DNA of 64,000 nt from Felis catus (taxonomy: Eukaryota), in contig NC_058368.1 in the NCBI RefSeq assembly GCF_018350175.1, positions 105,340,001 to 105,404,000 on the forward strand, written 5' to 3'. Positions 37,110 through 50,553 of the stretch are shown piece after piece (position 1 is the first letter of the stretch; each line of letters starts with the position of its first letter). Both the position numbers and the translations under genes were made by a program. The notes under the pieces are model-generated. The model worked only from the letters and a program-made list of their open reading frames with translations. It was not told the DNA's origin and did no database searches.

Positions 37110-38270
37110 AGGGACCATCAACAAAATCAAAAGCTAAATGATAAGTTAAGAGAAAATATGTATGTAATGTATACAACAAAGGATTAAGATAAAATATATT
37201 TGGAGTGTATAAAAAAGATTAATATCCAAAATAAAGAAGCTATATACATCAGTAAGAAAAATATAAACTACCCAATAGAAAAATATGCTACATTATAAAC
37301 AGATAGGGTAAATTAGAAAGGGTAATAACATATGCCAAAATATTCAGCCCCACAAATAAATAAAGACAAAGTATCACTTTAGTCTTTCTGACTGGAAAAA
37401 AATGTAAAGTTGTAAAACTGAAAAGAAAAATAAGCGAATCTCTTCTGTAATAGTTGAGATTATGAGGAAATACATACTCTCATACTCTGTGAGAATATAA
37501 ATAAATATTCAAATTTTGAGGGCAACATATCCATGCTTTGATTTTCTTAATTAAGTAAATTGAGTAAGTATCTGGAAAATTCTTAGAGATACCCCTTCAA
37601 ATGTGTACATGGAGATAAAAAAGATTCATTTCAGGGCACCTGGGTGGCTCAGTCAGTTAGGTGTACAAATCTTGGTTTCTGCTCAGGTCATGATCTCGTG
37701 GTTTCGAGGGTTCAAGCGCCACATCCAGCTCTGTGCTGGCAGTGCAGAGCTTACTTGGGATCCTCTCTCTCTCCCTCTAGGTGTCCCTCCCCCACTCACA
37801 CTGTCTTTCTCAAAGTAAATAAAAACTCCTTAAAAATTTTAAAATAAGATTCATTTCAAGAATATTTGTAATGGGGGGAGAAAGGAAACCATCTACTTGC
37901 CCATTTTTAGTGACACATCATAAAATATAATAGAAATATAAGGAGCACATAAATAGTGACATTGATATATATGTACTTGCTTGAACACATCTCTATGATG
38001 TTGGTAGGAGGGAGAAAATCAAGTCATAAAATATTGTGAGGAGTCTGGCTTTTTTATGTGGAGCAGAATAAAACTATATGTGACCATATGTAGATACATA
38101 GAATACTATCTGGTAAGCTGTATGTTAAATGTTTAATAATGGTTCAACAGTGAGGTAGGGACTTGGTGGTAAAGAAGCACTTTTACTTTTTAACTCTGTA
38201 CATTTTTACATTGTCTGAATGTTTCATAACATATACTTATGTATTGCTTCAGCAATTCTCTTAAAATATT
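37110..38270 (+). mobile_element. Highly diverged L1ME-like ORF2 3' part and 3' end
   Basis: actacccaatagaaaaatatgc; tactctcatactctgtgaga; ttttaactctgtacatttttacattgtctgaatgttt. Confidence 0.6.
37634..37845 (+). mobile_element. CanSINE
   Basis: TSD AAGATTCATTTCA at 37621-37633 and 37846-37858. Confidence 0.93.
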
Positions 38271-38681
38271 TTAAAGATCCATTCACCTTTTTAAATTTCA
38301 ATATAATGATCAATGACACTTAGAGTCCTGGTATAATCCTCAATGTCTTACAAAGAATTATGTCAACACTCATAGACAGGCTTTAATGCTAGATAGTTGT
38401 CAAACTTTTGAGGGAATTTAAATTTCATCAATCGTGACTGAACAAGGATTCCATGAACACAGTTCAACATAGAGTCTGGTCAAGTGGCATCACAGAAGCC
38501 CAAAGGAAGAAGGCCAGGGGGGAGAGTCCAGTGACTTCGCAGGGTGCATGGAGCAGGGTGGTGAACTCCAGCCTCTCTGAATCCCCTTTTCCTTACCTAC
38601 AAAATGAAGTTACTGGCCAAAGCAGCTTTGTCAACTCTTTCTTTCTCTTGAATACTTTTAAATCCTAAAAATGAAACTTAT

Positions 38682-38851
38682 GACGGCATCTGTGTGGCTC
38701 AATCTACTAATCCTCCGACTTGGGCTCAGGTCATGATCTCGCGGTCCGTGAGTTTGAGCCCCGTGTCGGGCTCTGTGCTGACAGCTCAGAGCCTGGAGCC
38801 TGCTTCTGATTCAGTTCTCCTTCCCTCTCTGCCCCTCCAAAACTCACTCTC

Positions 38852-38901
<50 letters not shown>

Positions 38902-38930
38902 AAAAATAAACCAACATTAAAAAAAATTTC
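38682..38930 (+). mobile_element. CanSINE with expanded (CT)n at about 38857-38898
   Basis: SINE body and CT microsatellite; degenerate TSD around AAAAATGAAA. Confidence 0.93.
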
Positions 38931-39254
38931 TAAAAAATGAAATCTTACAAAAATGTCACTATTTAAAACTGATGAAAACAAGGTTTCTCTGGTCAAAGGA
39001 AGTCAAGGGCCAGAGAGCCCCATCACCACTACTTTTTGGGCATTGCTGTAGGCTTCTCCCCAGGCACCTGAGGCCCTGTGGAATACTCCTGGAAAACTTG
39101 TCGTCTCAAGACTTTTCATATCCAGGAAGACTTCATTTTCATTTACTAGATGAAATTTATGAGAGCTGGCCTAAGGAAAGCCCCAGTGAGTATAGCGTGC
39201 TGTGCTGGTAGAATATTACTGGTAGAATAAGACATGAAGGAGAGGTACAAGAGA

Positions 39255-39455
39255 GTAGCATTTGTTTTGCCATTAACTTGTGCTAGGCGTTGCATAAGAC
39301 ACTTCAATACTTTACTCGACTTAATCCTCACAACCACCGTGTCATTTTAGCCCCATACAGATGAGGAAACACAGGAGACATCGAACTTGCCACCGGTCAT
39401 GCAGTACGTACTGAGGTAAAACTCTAACCAGATGTGCCTAACTGTAAAGGTCATA
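39255..39455 (-). mobile_element. MIR
   Basis: ttaatcctcacaaccacc...acagatgaggaaac...aacttgcc...ggtcatgcag. Confidence 0.7.
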
Positions 39456-40187
39456 CTGGCTAAGCTGGAGTTTGGTGTCCTACTAGAGGAAAGGGGACGC
39501 AACTAATGATATTAAGCCTGGGAGACTCAGGGCATAGCGGAGGATTCCAGGAGAGAGAAGGGAAGACTGTAACACGAGCTCCCCACAATTCCAAGTTTTG
39601 CCGCCAATGATGCCTTCTAACTATCTATTTGGAAACCAAATATTGTCCTATGTGGAACAAGTTAAGGAAAACATGACACAGCATGTAATTTAGCTGTTTA
39701 GCCACATGGTATGTCCTAGCATTTGGAGAGCTGGGAGTTATTTTTTAGGATTGATCATAAATTTATACTTACCTTGTTCCACCCTCTCCAGAGCTAGCAG
39801 AGCTAAGGTTGTGGTCAGCGCCTATGGTCAAGGCATTGTGAGGAGTATGGAACATGATACACTCACACACATGCATACTAGTATAAGCTCATAACTCTGC
39901 CTCCACAGCATGACCAGTTGACCTAAATGCCTACCTTAATAGATAGGCCTTTTTCTGCATGCTAATGACCTGTTTGCTAGTTGTCCCTACTTGTACCTTA
40001 CCATTGTAAGAATCATTTACATTATTTTCCAGGTAACTGATTCACCGAGCTGCGTCATCTTGGAAGGCAGCCCCAAATCTCTGCTGCAGAGCAAGCTTTA
40101 CAAAAAATCATCTTTTGTGGAAGGCCAACAAAATGGCCTCCATTGTTGATCAATCTTCACAAGAGTTATTATAAATCCAGACATTTT

Positions 40188-40380
40188 GGGGGTGCCTGGG
40201 TGACTCAGTCAGTTACACATCCTGATCTTGATTTCAGCTCAGGTCCTGAGACCACGATTGTGAGATCAGCCCTGCCTCAGGCCCCGTGTTGGGCATGGAG
40301 CCTGTTTGAGATCCTCTCTCTCCCTTTCCCTCTGCCCCTCCCCCACTGGTGCTCATTCTCAAATTAATTAATTCATTAAT
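40188..40380 (+). mobile_element. CanSINE
   Basis: 16-bp TSD TAAATCCAGACATTTT at 40172-40187 and 40381-40396. Confidence 0.94.
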
Positions 40381-41129
40381 TAAATCCAGACATTTTTTTA
40401 TACTCAATTGAATCTACTTATGCAATGTGAACAAGGTTATCAGTTCACAAGTTACTCAGAAGCAGCCTGAGGTACAACTTAAGTCTCCAGGTCCTGTCAC
40501 ATATAACTAGGAACACTTTGTCTTCTAAGATGGAATGTTAGGCAAGGTTTACATTGAATTCAACCACAATAACCAATAACTGGAGGTTATGCTAGCTAGG
40601 AGGCACATTTTTCTGTGTCCTCACATTCTTCTCTTTGAAGGTGAACAAAACATTGGCCTATCCCCAGTCCAAACCATTACTTCAACTGCTGTCTATATGA
40701 AAAGAAATTTAAAATAAGAAGAAAAAAAGAATTCACTAAGGCACCAAACATAATTTTAATATAATTTAAGGAACACCAGCAATTTCACAGGACAAACAGC
40801 AGATGTAGAAGTTGACATGATTTTTTATTCAAAATAGCAGACAGGAACTGTATCTATTCATAAATGTATCACCCCCACCCCCCCCCCCATACACACACAC
40901 ACTGTGGCTGGTATGACCTAGCAGTAGTTGTTGCTCAGTAAATGTTGATTACGTAAATAAAGAAGACTTAGTTGTGGGACTTTGTTTGAGGAGTATAATA
41001 CCCACTCCTGTTTGAAGACAAACCCTCATTTTTCTGTGGAGGTTTACAATTTAGTACACTCTTGTCCATTGTAGTAGAATGACCACCATAGATTGAATTT
41101 TTTCCTTTTCCTCAATATTCAAAGAAGTT

Positions 41130-41248
41130 TATAGTGACCAAACATCCCAGTTTGCCTTGTCTATGACTGAAGACTTGATGTAATTATTAATAGTACCCTT
41201 TCAGAAATGTCCCAGTTTAGGAAACCGATTAAACTATAAAATCATCTA
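41130..41248 (-). mobile_element. MER94-like hAT-Blackjack MITE
   Basis: gtgaccaaacatcccagtttgcc...gtaattattaatagtaccctttca...tgtcccagttt. Confidence 0.7.
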
Positions 41249-42400
41249 GAAAAGTGCCATAAAAATCAACTTTAATATCACTGGAGATTGTGTCCTGGGG
41301 ACAACGATCCTCCCTCAGCTATGCATACCTTGGAATCACTCTAAAAACTTGTTAGAGGATAAAACACCTTTGAGTTAATGAGGTATCCTCAGAAGAGAGG
41401 TTGAGCATTGTTCTTAGTATGAGGAAATCAAACTCTTTCAGTGAATCCAAAGAAGAGTAGGGAGCTATAGTTGTGGGGCTTTAAGTGGCAAGATGTCAGA
41501 CCAGACCAAGCCTGCACACCTGAGGCCTACTAATACCCTGAAGGGTACCTGTGGGAGCGAAACTTAGTACTCAGAGAGGTGGACTCTTTCTAAGGACTCA
41601 GAGTCCTAGGCAAGTTCTAGATTAGAACAGAACCACAGAGCCATCATAGGTACAACAAACACCATCTCCCCTGGGAGCAGTCTTCAACGATGACATCATG
41701 TGACAGAGGAAATGTGGGCTGATCAGACTCATTTTTTCTCCTTGCTAGGATATTAAAGTCATATTCTTGCCTCTTCCTTGCTCCCCAGTGTTTTTGGAGA
41801 CAAAAAAGAGGTAAACAACACAGAAAGGGTTCAAAAGATTGTTTGCAAGGAATAAAGGAAAGATGGCTTTAACTTAATACCCAGATGCAGAAGAATTCAA
41901 CCAACATGGATTAAAAAAAAAAAAAAAAGGACCTAGATGATAGTGACCTATTTTAAGTAGTATTTTGAGAAGATGCCTTCATTACAGAATATCCATACCT
42001 GGAGTTGTTCAAGACCCATAGTGGCTTGCAGTCAAATAGACACATAATCTATTTGGTCCCAAGTCAGGCCATGATTAGGATCTTCCACTTCTAAAGCACT
42101 TACTCTAAGTTAGCTCTAGGCTTGATAACGAAGACTGGAGGGAAGTCTTTCCTTTGTCCAGGATGAAATCTAGGATGACAGGGAAATATTAATTCTTAGA
42201 AGTTTCAGGACAGTGGCATGATTTATACAACTTAGAATTGTTTGTAGGACCACCTGAAACAGAGAAGTTTTCTCTACACTCAGAGGTCTTATCAAAAAGG
42301 CTACCAGAAAAGTTAAGACTCTGAAGATCAAAAGTCAAACCTCACAGTGCCACTGCAAATAAATGCCTCTTTTTTTTCACCACTTGTCATTCCAAAGAGA

Positions 42401-42612
42401 GGGGCACCTGGGTGGCTCAGTCAGTTAAACATCCCTCTGTGGTTCAGGTCATGATCTCATGGTTCATGAGTTCGAGCCTCATGTTGTACTCTGTACTGGC
42501 AGCTCAGAGCCTGGATCCTGCTGTGGATTCTGTCTCCCTCTCTCTCTGCCCCTCCCCCACTCATACTCTTTCTCTCTCTCAAAAATAAACATTAAAAAAA
42601 TAGTTAAAAAGA
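42401..42612 (+). mobile_element. CanSINE
   Basis: ggggcacctgggtggctcagtcagttaa head, gagttcgagcc B box, A tail. Confidence 0.94.
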
Positions 42613-42690
42613 AAAATCTCTGAGTGAAAATAAATAAGTAAAATAAAAACACCAGGAGACTCAGTGAAGAAGATTATAAAGAATGGATAG

Positions 42691-44063
42691 AGGAACAGAA
42701 CAGAGAACATAGAAATGGACCCACAAACATATGCCCAACTAATCTTTGACAAACCAGGAAGAATATCCAATGGAATAAAGACAGTCTCTTCAGCAAGTGG
42801 TGCTGGGAAAACTGGACAGCGACATGAAGAAGAATGAACCTGGACCACATTCTTACACCATACACAAAAATAAACTCAAAATGGATGAAAGACCTCAATG
42901 TAAGACAGGAAGTCAACAAAATCCTTGATGAGAAAGCAGACAAAAACTTCTTTGATCTTGCCCTCAGCAACTTCTTACTCAACATGTCCCCAGAGGCAAG
43001 GAAAACAAAAGTAAAAATGAACTACTGGGACCTCATCAAAATAAAAAGCTTGTGCACAGCGAAGGAAACAATCAGCAAAACTAAAAGGCAACCGACAGAA
43101 TGCAAGAAGATATTTGCAAATGACACATCAGATAAAGGGTTAGTATCCAAAATCTATAAAGAACTTATCAAACTCAACACCCAAAAAACAAAAAATCCTG
43201 TGAAGAAATGGGAAAAAGGCATGAATAGACACTTCTTCAAAGAAGACATCCAGATGGCCAACTGACACATGAAAAAAGGCTCAGCATCACTCATCATCAG
43301 GGAAATACAAATCAAAACCACAATGAGATAACACCTCACACCTGTCAGAATGTCTAACGTTAACAACTCAAGCAACAACAGATATTGGCAAGGATGTGGA
43401 GAAAGAGGATCTCTTTTGTATTCTTGGTGGGAATGTAACCTGGCACAGCCACTCTGGAAAACAGTATGGAGCTTCCTGAAAAAACTAAAAATAGAACTAC
43501 CCTATGACCCAGCAATTGCACTACTAGGCATTTATCCACGGGATACAGGTGTGCTGTTTCGAAGGGCCACATGTATCCCATGTTTATAGCAGCACTATCA
43601 ACAATACCCAAAGTATGGAAAGAGCCCAAATGTCCATCAATGGATGAATGGATAAAGAAGATGTGGTATATACATACAATGGAGTATTACTCAGCAATCA
43701 AAAACAATGAAATCTTGCCATTTGCAACTATGTGGATGGAACTAGAAGTTATTATGCTAAGTGAAATGAGTCAGAGAAAGACAAAAATGATATGACTTCA
43801 CTCATATGAGGACTTTAAGAGACAAAACAGATGAGCATAAGGGAAGGGAAACAAAAATAATATAAAAACAGGGAGGGGGACAAAACAGAAGAGACTCATA
43901 AATATGGGGAACAAACTGAGGGTTACTGGAGGGGTTGTGGGAGGTGGGATGGGCTAAATGGATAAGGGGCACTAAGGAATCTACTCCTGAAACCATTGTT
44001 GCACTATATGCTAACTAATTTGTATGTAAATTTTAAAAAATAAAAAAATAAAATTAAAAAAAA
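42691..44063 (+). mobile_element. 5'-truncated felid/carnivore LINE-1 (ORF2 C-terminus, 3' UTR, poly-A)
   Basis: ORF2 peptides [78 protein letters not shown], broken by stops and frameshifts; 13-bp TSD AAAGAATGGATAG at 42678-42690 and 44064-44076. Confidence 0.96.
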
Positions 44064-44116
44064 AAAGAATGGATAGGAACCAAGAGCACTAGAAAATTTA
44101 TACAAAAGATACATGT

Positions 44117-44240
44117 GGGGTACCTGGCTAACTCAGCCAGTAGAGCATGTAACTCTTGATCTTGGGGTTGTGAGTTTGAGCCCCATGTTGAGGGTGTAGA
44201 TTACTTAAAAATAAAATCTTAAAGAAAGAAAAAAGAAAAA
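44117..44240 (+). mobile_element. Short old CanSINE (tRNA head plus A tail, no CT body)
   Basis: ggggtacctggctaactcagccagtagagcatgtaactcttgatcttggggttgtgagtttgagcccc...ttacttaaaaataaaatc. Confidence 0.88.
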
Positions 44241-46084
44241 GGAGACATTTTCAAAAAGACTGACAAAAAACAAGGAAAGAAATGCAAGGTAATATTATAT
44301 AGGAGAACAAGGAAGGTAGAAAGAAAAAGGTACCCCAAACATGACACATGCATTGAGAAAACTATTGATATTATACTATTTTAAGGGGAAACTCCTCAAT
44401 CCAAGAGATGTAAATGTATTTAGTATGGTAAAAGATAATGAGTGAGAGTCTAGAAATAAGATCCTAAGTGTAGAGCTAATTGTTTTCCATTTAGGTACAA
44501 GGCAAGTATTTATATAGCCAACTGGTGCATTCATAATTAGGTAAAATGGAATGTGGCACAGTGAGTCAACCACATAAGCAGTCATAGATCTGGTCAGAAT
44601 ATATACTGAATTCTCTCAGCACTAATTCAACAGCTCCACAAGATGGCACATGGAAATTTTCCACAGTGTATAGTTAGGGCCAGGTCTTCATTTCCATGAA
44701 AAGTAAATTCATTTCTTTACAAAGAACATGGAGCTTCAAAGGAAAAACTACAGATTTGATCTCTGCTCTTATCGCAATTAAAGTTGAAAAGGGTCAGTTG
44801 CTGCCAGTTATGAAATCCTTCCATTGTTGGCTATTTGGTGGTGAGGTATTATTTTAAAAAATGGTTTCACTGATAATTATGGAGCCTAAGGTTTATGTTC
44901 TAACTTCTCTGTGACTTGGTCAGCGGTTTCCCAGGTTTGAAACAGAAGTAGTTTCTTTGCAAAACTGTATTCTCCAGTCCCTATTCACTGCATCAAGTTT
45001 GGATTTTGGAAACCAAAACTCTCAGGACATCATGATTGATCTATTTAGTAAACTATATCTCTTTAAGAACTGTTTTGAGTAACACAATATGGAATGAATC
45101 ATTTCTTTAACAGCCAAACAAAAGAGCTTGTAGAACTTCAGTATCCTTACCCCCACCTCCCAATCCTATGAACTGATTGGGTTATTAAACATGGTTATGA
45201 AACATATTTGCGAGAACTATACAAAGTCAAACACAGAAAGGAGATGTTAAGCATCCAGCAGGTATGAAAAAGTAACCCTTGTGTTACAGAACAGAAGACA
45301 AAAAGAATAATTGTGAACTAATCCAAGTAAACAGGACATGCTGTCATAATCAATTTAAAGTCAAACACAAGGATCTGTCAACCCGAATCAGGAAAGAAAA
45401 CAAGGAAAAACTTCCCTCAGCCAGCATTCAACTCAACAAGACTGCCAGCGCTGGTGGACACATGTCAAGGGAACAGAGTGGGGCTTCTTTGTTGCATGGA
45501 CCTTCATTTCTATTTGTCACCTTGTTAAGGCTTTGCTCTCTGACATGGGCAAGACATTCATTCATTCGACAGGTAAGTATTGATTCATTCAAGGAACCAG
45601 GTTCCTAGCACACTGTATTTAATGCTTTTTTTCCCTATAAACTGAAGAACAGTAAGTACTGTTGCTTGCCTTGATTCAGAAAAATATGTATAAATAATCT
45701 CTGATGAGACAAAATGACCCACTACTAGTTTGATTAGCTGTTAAATATGTAACCACTGGCAGCCTAGATCCCAACTGTTCTCATTTGTAAAATGGCTTGT
45801 AAACAACTGCCCCTGTATTGCCAAATATAAGCTCTTGTAAAATTTTAAGTGATGTTAAACACTAGGCAGGTTGCTATGTTTTTCATCCAGAAGGGGGTGT
45901 TGGTTGGGCTTTTCTATGTCAGAGAAAATTTTGTTATAGAAAGGGATGGTTGGTTTTTCCATCCTCCTCTTTGCTCTACTACCCCACAACAGGCTCTGGT
46001 AATACCTCCCCACTCCCCTTGACAGTGATGGGCACACAGAAGCCAGCTTTATTGTGTCACATAACCAGAAAGCTGTAAGATCCT

Positions 46085-46297
46085 TCATCTAGAGCTATGG
46101 TAACCATGTCCCTACCACCTAGAGAATGGTTTGGAGAATTAAGCCAATGCTATGCTTCTCTATCAGAGATGAGAGGCAGACAATTCTAATGAAAGGTGAA
46201 GTGCTTCTAGTCTAGTCTTTTGGAGACCTCTCAAGGCACATCTTATAATTCTAATACATATTTCTGCATAAGCTAATTTGGATTGGTTTCTGTCACC
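46085..46297 (+). mobile_element. MLT1J/K-like LTR 3' remnant
   Basis: gaattaagccaa...taagctaatttggattggtttctgtcac. Confidence 0.5.
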
Positions 46298-46777
46298 AGG
46301 GCAATGGCTCATCCATAGAGAAAAGCTGAGGAACTCACATTGTCTTGGTGCTTGGATTAAATGCTAGCTCTAAGAATGCTTGGGGCTGGGAAAAGTGGTC
46401 ACGACTCTTTTCTAAGGGGCATTCAAAGGCACAGTAGAATAGGGATCGGTGCTGATTTGCGGACAGGGCAGTGAGCCTGAAGTTCTCTGGCCTAGGCCTG
46501 AGCTCAGGCCCCCCAAAGCTATGCCGTTCTGACCTTTAAGCCACAATTAAGGTATTAGAAGCATAAACAGGATGTTAATCCTGGCAATGCAACCAAGTGA
46601 GTTTTTTACTTTGAGCCACTCATATAGCCTCTCCAGGGCTGGTCTGCATCTATACAATAAGGGTTTCACACTGTAGAGTGCTGTAATTCTTGAAGCTCTC
46701 ATGAAAATTTGCTTTAAACATACTAAAAAATTAACTCTAAGAAATACTATGAGAAGCATGGTTGGGGAGAGATTTCT

Positions 46778-46973
46778 GTTTTACATTTTATGTATTTATT
46801 TTGTGAGAGAGAGTGAGTGGCAGAAGGGCAGAGAGAGAAAGAGAGATCCTAAGCAGGCTCTATACTGTCAGCACAGAGCCCAACACGGGGCTTGATTTCA
46901 TGAACCATGAAATCACGACCTGGGCTAAAACCAGGAGTCAGTCGCTTAACCAACTGAACCATCCAGGTGCCCC
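46778..46973 (-). mobile_element. CanSINE
   Basis: TSD GTTGG(g/a)GAGAGATTT at 46761-46775 and 46975-46989. Confidence 0.93.
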
Positions 46974-47044
46974 AGTTGGAGAGAGATTTAGATGAAAACA
47001 TTTGATTAGCATTATGTTTCTTTTTAATAATATTTCTATTATCA

Positions 47045-47280
47045 GTAATAATTAAAACCTACAGTAGATGACAGGCCTTGTTCTAAATGTTAAGTCATTG
47101 AATCCTCATATCAACTCTGTGAAATAGATAGTATTACTATCCCCAATTTATAGCTAAAGAAACCAAGGCACAGACAAGTTGAGAAACTTGCCCAAGGCTA
47201 CCCAATTAACGTGTCTGAAATAAAAACCTAACTCATGTAATCAGTGTCCACAATCTGAGCTCTTAATCACTGTGCCATAC
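47045..47280 (-). mobile_element. MIR
   Basis: aatcctcatatcaactctgtgaaatagatagtattactatccccaattta...gaaaccaaggcacaga...aacttgcccaagg...gctcttaatcactgtgc. Confidence 0.8.
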
Positions 47281-49311
47281 ATCTCTTGTTAACTGTGCCT
47301 ACTTCTCTGCCTGGCACAAAGTAAAATTCACCAACAGCTCATTCAATGTTAGCAGATGAATAAAGTAACCTTTGTAAAGGTCATTTTTTCAAAGTGGCTA
47401 GAGTGGAGGGTCCTGTCCATAGGACAAGAAATCCTCTGTTAGGGATAGTATGCTCCTGTACTACTAAATGAGCCTTCCTTTCTGTCATGTTCCCAGTAGA
47501 GTTCTTAGAGTATTATGTGCAAAGGCTATTTAATTTTTGTTAAAGGTAGGGCCATCTCTGTGTATTTCCTTAAAAACTGGATTATACGAAACACACTGGC
47601 TTTTGATAAGCAGTTTCACCTCATGCCAAGGGGTAAAACCAGGAAATAAACTCTCAGAGACAAAGAAGAACAGAGAGAAAAGAATACCGTCACCAAAAAT
47701 ATTCATGTGTATTCCTTCCCATTAAATGAAGGCACTATTTTCGCTCATCAGAGACCTACATAAAAAGTCCTTAAAATTAAAACTTTCTCTGCTTCCAGTT
47801 GGCAGAAATGGCTTCTAGAAGTAGGCTGCAACTTGGACTATGTCCTTACATTAAGGTTTACTGAAGAGTAAGTATTAAGTACATTGGAATTTAGATCCCA
47901 GGAAACTTTGATGAGGGATCTCACTATCCCTTTAAGCAAGAATCAGATTTTCCTACATTAACTTTACTGTAAAGAATTATATTGCTTGAGTCAAACTCAG
48001 TGATTTAATAAAACTACTTCCTCATCAGAACGCTGAGATAAAGTTTATTAGTCCATACCAGCAGCGCTTATCTAAACAAATGGAAAAGACCATTGTAATT
48101 ATTATCTACTATGTGGTTTTACAGAACAGCTAAAGTTTAGCCATTTGTGCTTCCATTGTGTAACAGCCTCAAGGATCTAAGGAACAAAATGGTTCAAAGG
48201 TTAATTCAAACTCAAGCCATGACAATTACCAGGGTTTGGAAAATTTGGATTATAAGGACAACCAATAGCTCTCATGTGATCAGAACAATAGCTGTGGAAA
48301 AAAACTATTAGATCACTCCATCTACTGATCCCCCTGTCGGTTCTAGAGAAGCAATTAGAGACTCCCTTGCTCCGTTGTGGCTTTCCTGCATGCAGAGGGA
48401 CAGCTTTAACTCCTTGTGGTGTAGCCAGGCCTACTGTGGGGAGAGACGGGGCAGCACCCACCCAGACAGTAGGGATGGGGTGGCAGCAGGAGGGAGGAAA
48501 CACGATGCAAGCGGAATCCGGGACTTAGTCCGTGTGTGTGTGCTCAAACATGAATCTGAAACAGGACATGCCAGGAGTTTGCAGAACTTTCCCACCTTTG
48601 GAAATGCAGGCGCAGGAGCAACACCTCACCAAGCCAGGCCCATACATAACATTCCTAACAGGGGACAGCCCCCCGAGTTCAGCCCATCGAAGCACCCTGA
48701 ATATTTGATCTTAGAAGTCTCTCCAGCTGCACCAGGATACAGGTGCAAGTCTAAACCTGTCTGGTGACTTCTGAATTATTTGCAGACGAAGTGAGATACT
48801 GTCGTGACCTTAACACTCTAGATGGAGATACAGCTTTTCTTTGAGACTGTACTAGAGATTTGAGGAAGTAGAGGGAAGAGTACAGGGAAGACAGTAATCC
48901 CAATATCAAAAAGAGGTCGTGCGAGCTGGAAAAGGAGGGTTAGGCATGATCAAAATTATTTACCTGGCCTGCCCAGAAAATTAAGTAATAAAAACTGAAT
49001 TGAAAAGGGGACTCCTTTCTGCCCCTTCTGACCATTTGCCCAGATAAGAGTGATCCAGAGATGCTAGACTGAAAATAAATCTCTGACCTTGGGCCCAAAA
49101 TTAGATGGCTTGAGAAGAATTCCATTTCAAATACAGTAGCAGAAACCGGTAGGAGGAATCTTTAGATTTTATTTTGATTTCATAGATAGCTTACTTTCCT
49201 GTTTATTCCTGTAGCCTAGCATCAACTGTTGGCTCCTTGAGGGGCGAGATTAGGCCACTCTTTGCCCTGTGGGGCCACACACATTCTTGGAACAATGTCT
49301 GTAACTAATAC

Positions 49312-49818
49312 TGTCGCCAGGCTCTAAAATGCCCCCTGAGGATCCCTGCCTCCTGATATTCACAATCTAGCTTTCTAGTTCTCTGACACTTTGTTCCAAA
49401 GTGGGAACAACTGAATACAGCGCAAGTAATAGAATGTCACTTCTGAGATTAGTTTATAATAGACTGTGGCTTTCCTTGGGGTATTCCCCACCTGCCAGCT
49501 CCTGCTTTATCACTCACTCAGGGAAAGCACTGTGCCATGTCTAAGCAGCCTTATCAAGAGGTTCCCGTGACCAGAACTTACTGGTGTACCAACAGCCAGT
49601 GAGGAACGGAGATCCACCAAACATTTTGTGAGTGAACTTGGAAGCGGACTCACTAACCCCAGTCGAGCCTTGACATGAATGCAGCCCCAGCCAACGGCTT
49701 GGCAGAATTATCATCAAAGACTGGGAGCCAAAACCACACAGGTAAACTGCACCTGGATTCCAAACTAAGTTGCTACATTTCAGGGTAACTTTGCTACTCA
49801 GCGACAGATAACTAAGGT
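49312..49818 (+). mobile_element. MLT1F-like MaLR solo LTR
   Basis: gatccctgcctcctgatattcac; tgtcacttctgagattag; caacagccagtgaggaac; gtgagtgaacttggaagcgga; ccagtcgagcctt; gataactaa. Confidence 0.75.
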
Positions 49819-50553
49819 AACTACACAGCCTGTATGCCTTCTCATAGTAGATATTTCACAAAACTCGTCTTGACTACAGGCATGAGGGAGGCAACTGGGG
49901 ACATAAATAGCTAATGAAAAAGTCCCATTGGATTACAACATTTTTTGTTTTTTTCCAGTGGCCCTTGATCTGAATACTTCCATCTAGCTACCCTGGGACC
50001 AAAACCATCTTCTTTTTTGTTCGACCACTTCTAATTGCAATAGAAACTGAGCTGTGACCATCCAGTTTGCTTTAAGCTAGTCAGTCTGCTGTCTGACTTG
50101 ACCCCATTCCATGTCTTTCTATTCATTCAGTAACTAATGAGCACTGCTACTCTAGATGCTGGAGCCATAGTAGTGAACACAACTACTAAAGCGCCTAGCC
50201 TCAGGACTTTACATATAGCATACTCCCCTGATAAGCTTTATCTCCTTGACTACAGACCTGTCCTTCTGACCTTTTCTACCAGCTACCTGGGCTCAGAATC
50301 TCCATCTAAACTCCTGCGTATGGGGACCCAAGACTAAACAGCTTATGGAAGCCTGAAAGATACATATCTTCTACAAAAGGTAGCATTGGTAACAACTTTT
50401 AACAATTACTGGTAGCCATTTAGCCCATAATCAAGACATAGTTATGGGTACATTCATTGCAGGTAAGCATTTGACACATATACCTTTTGCTTCCATCCTG
50501 CTAATGTAGGTGTTCCTTGGCATTTAACAGTGTTTCTTTCTCCCAACGTTTTT

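Noticed and set aside
39765..39825. Strong minus-strand donor AAG|GTAAGT with a possible 49-nt exon
   Set aside because: Weak acceptor, unrecognisable peptide and no supporting neighbouring exons.
42834..43795. ORFs with clear protein similarity
   Set aside because: Broken pieces of L1 ORF2 in a 5'-truncated copy, not a host gene.
44117..44195. tRNA-like A/B boxes suggesting a tRNA gene
   Set aside because: Followed by the SINE A-rich tail and too degenerate; it is an old CanSINE head, like the other A/B boxes in the window.
45570..45578. Perfect CAG|GTAAGT donor
   Set aside because: Sits in an L2-tail-like (CATT)n remnant with no convincing upstream acceptor.
48546..48573. Two CATG-centred decamers resembling a p53 element
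   Set aside because: Three mismatches to RRRCWWGYYY x2 and an 8-bp spacer; too weak.
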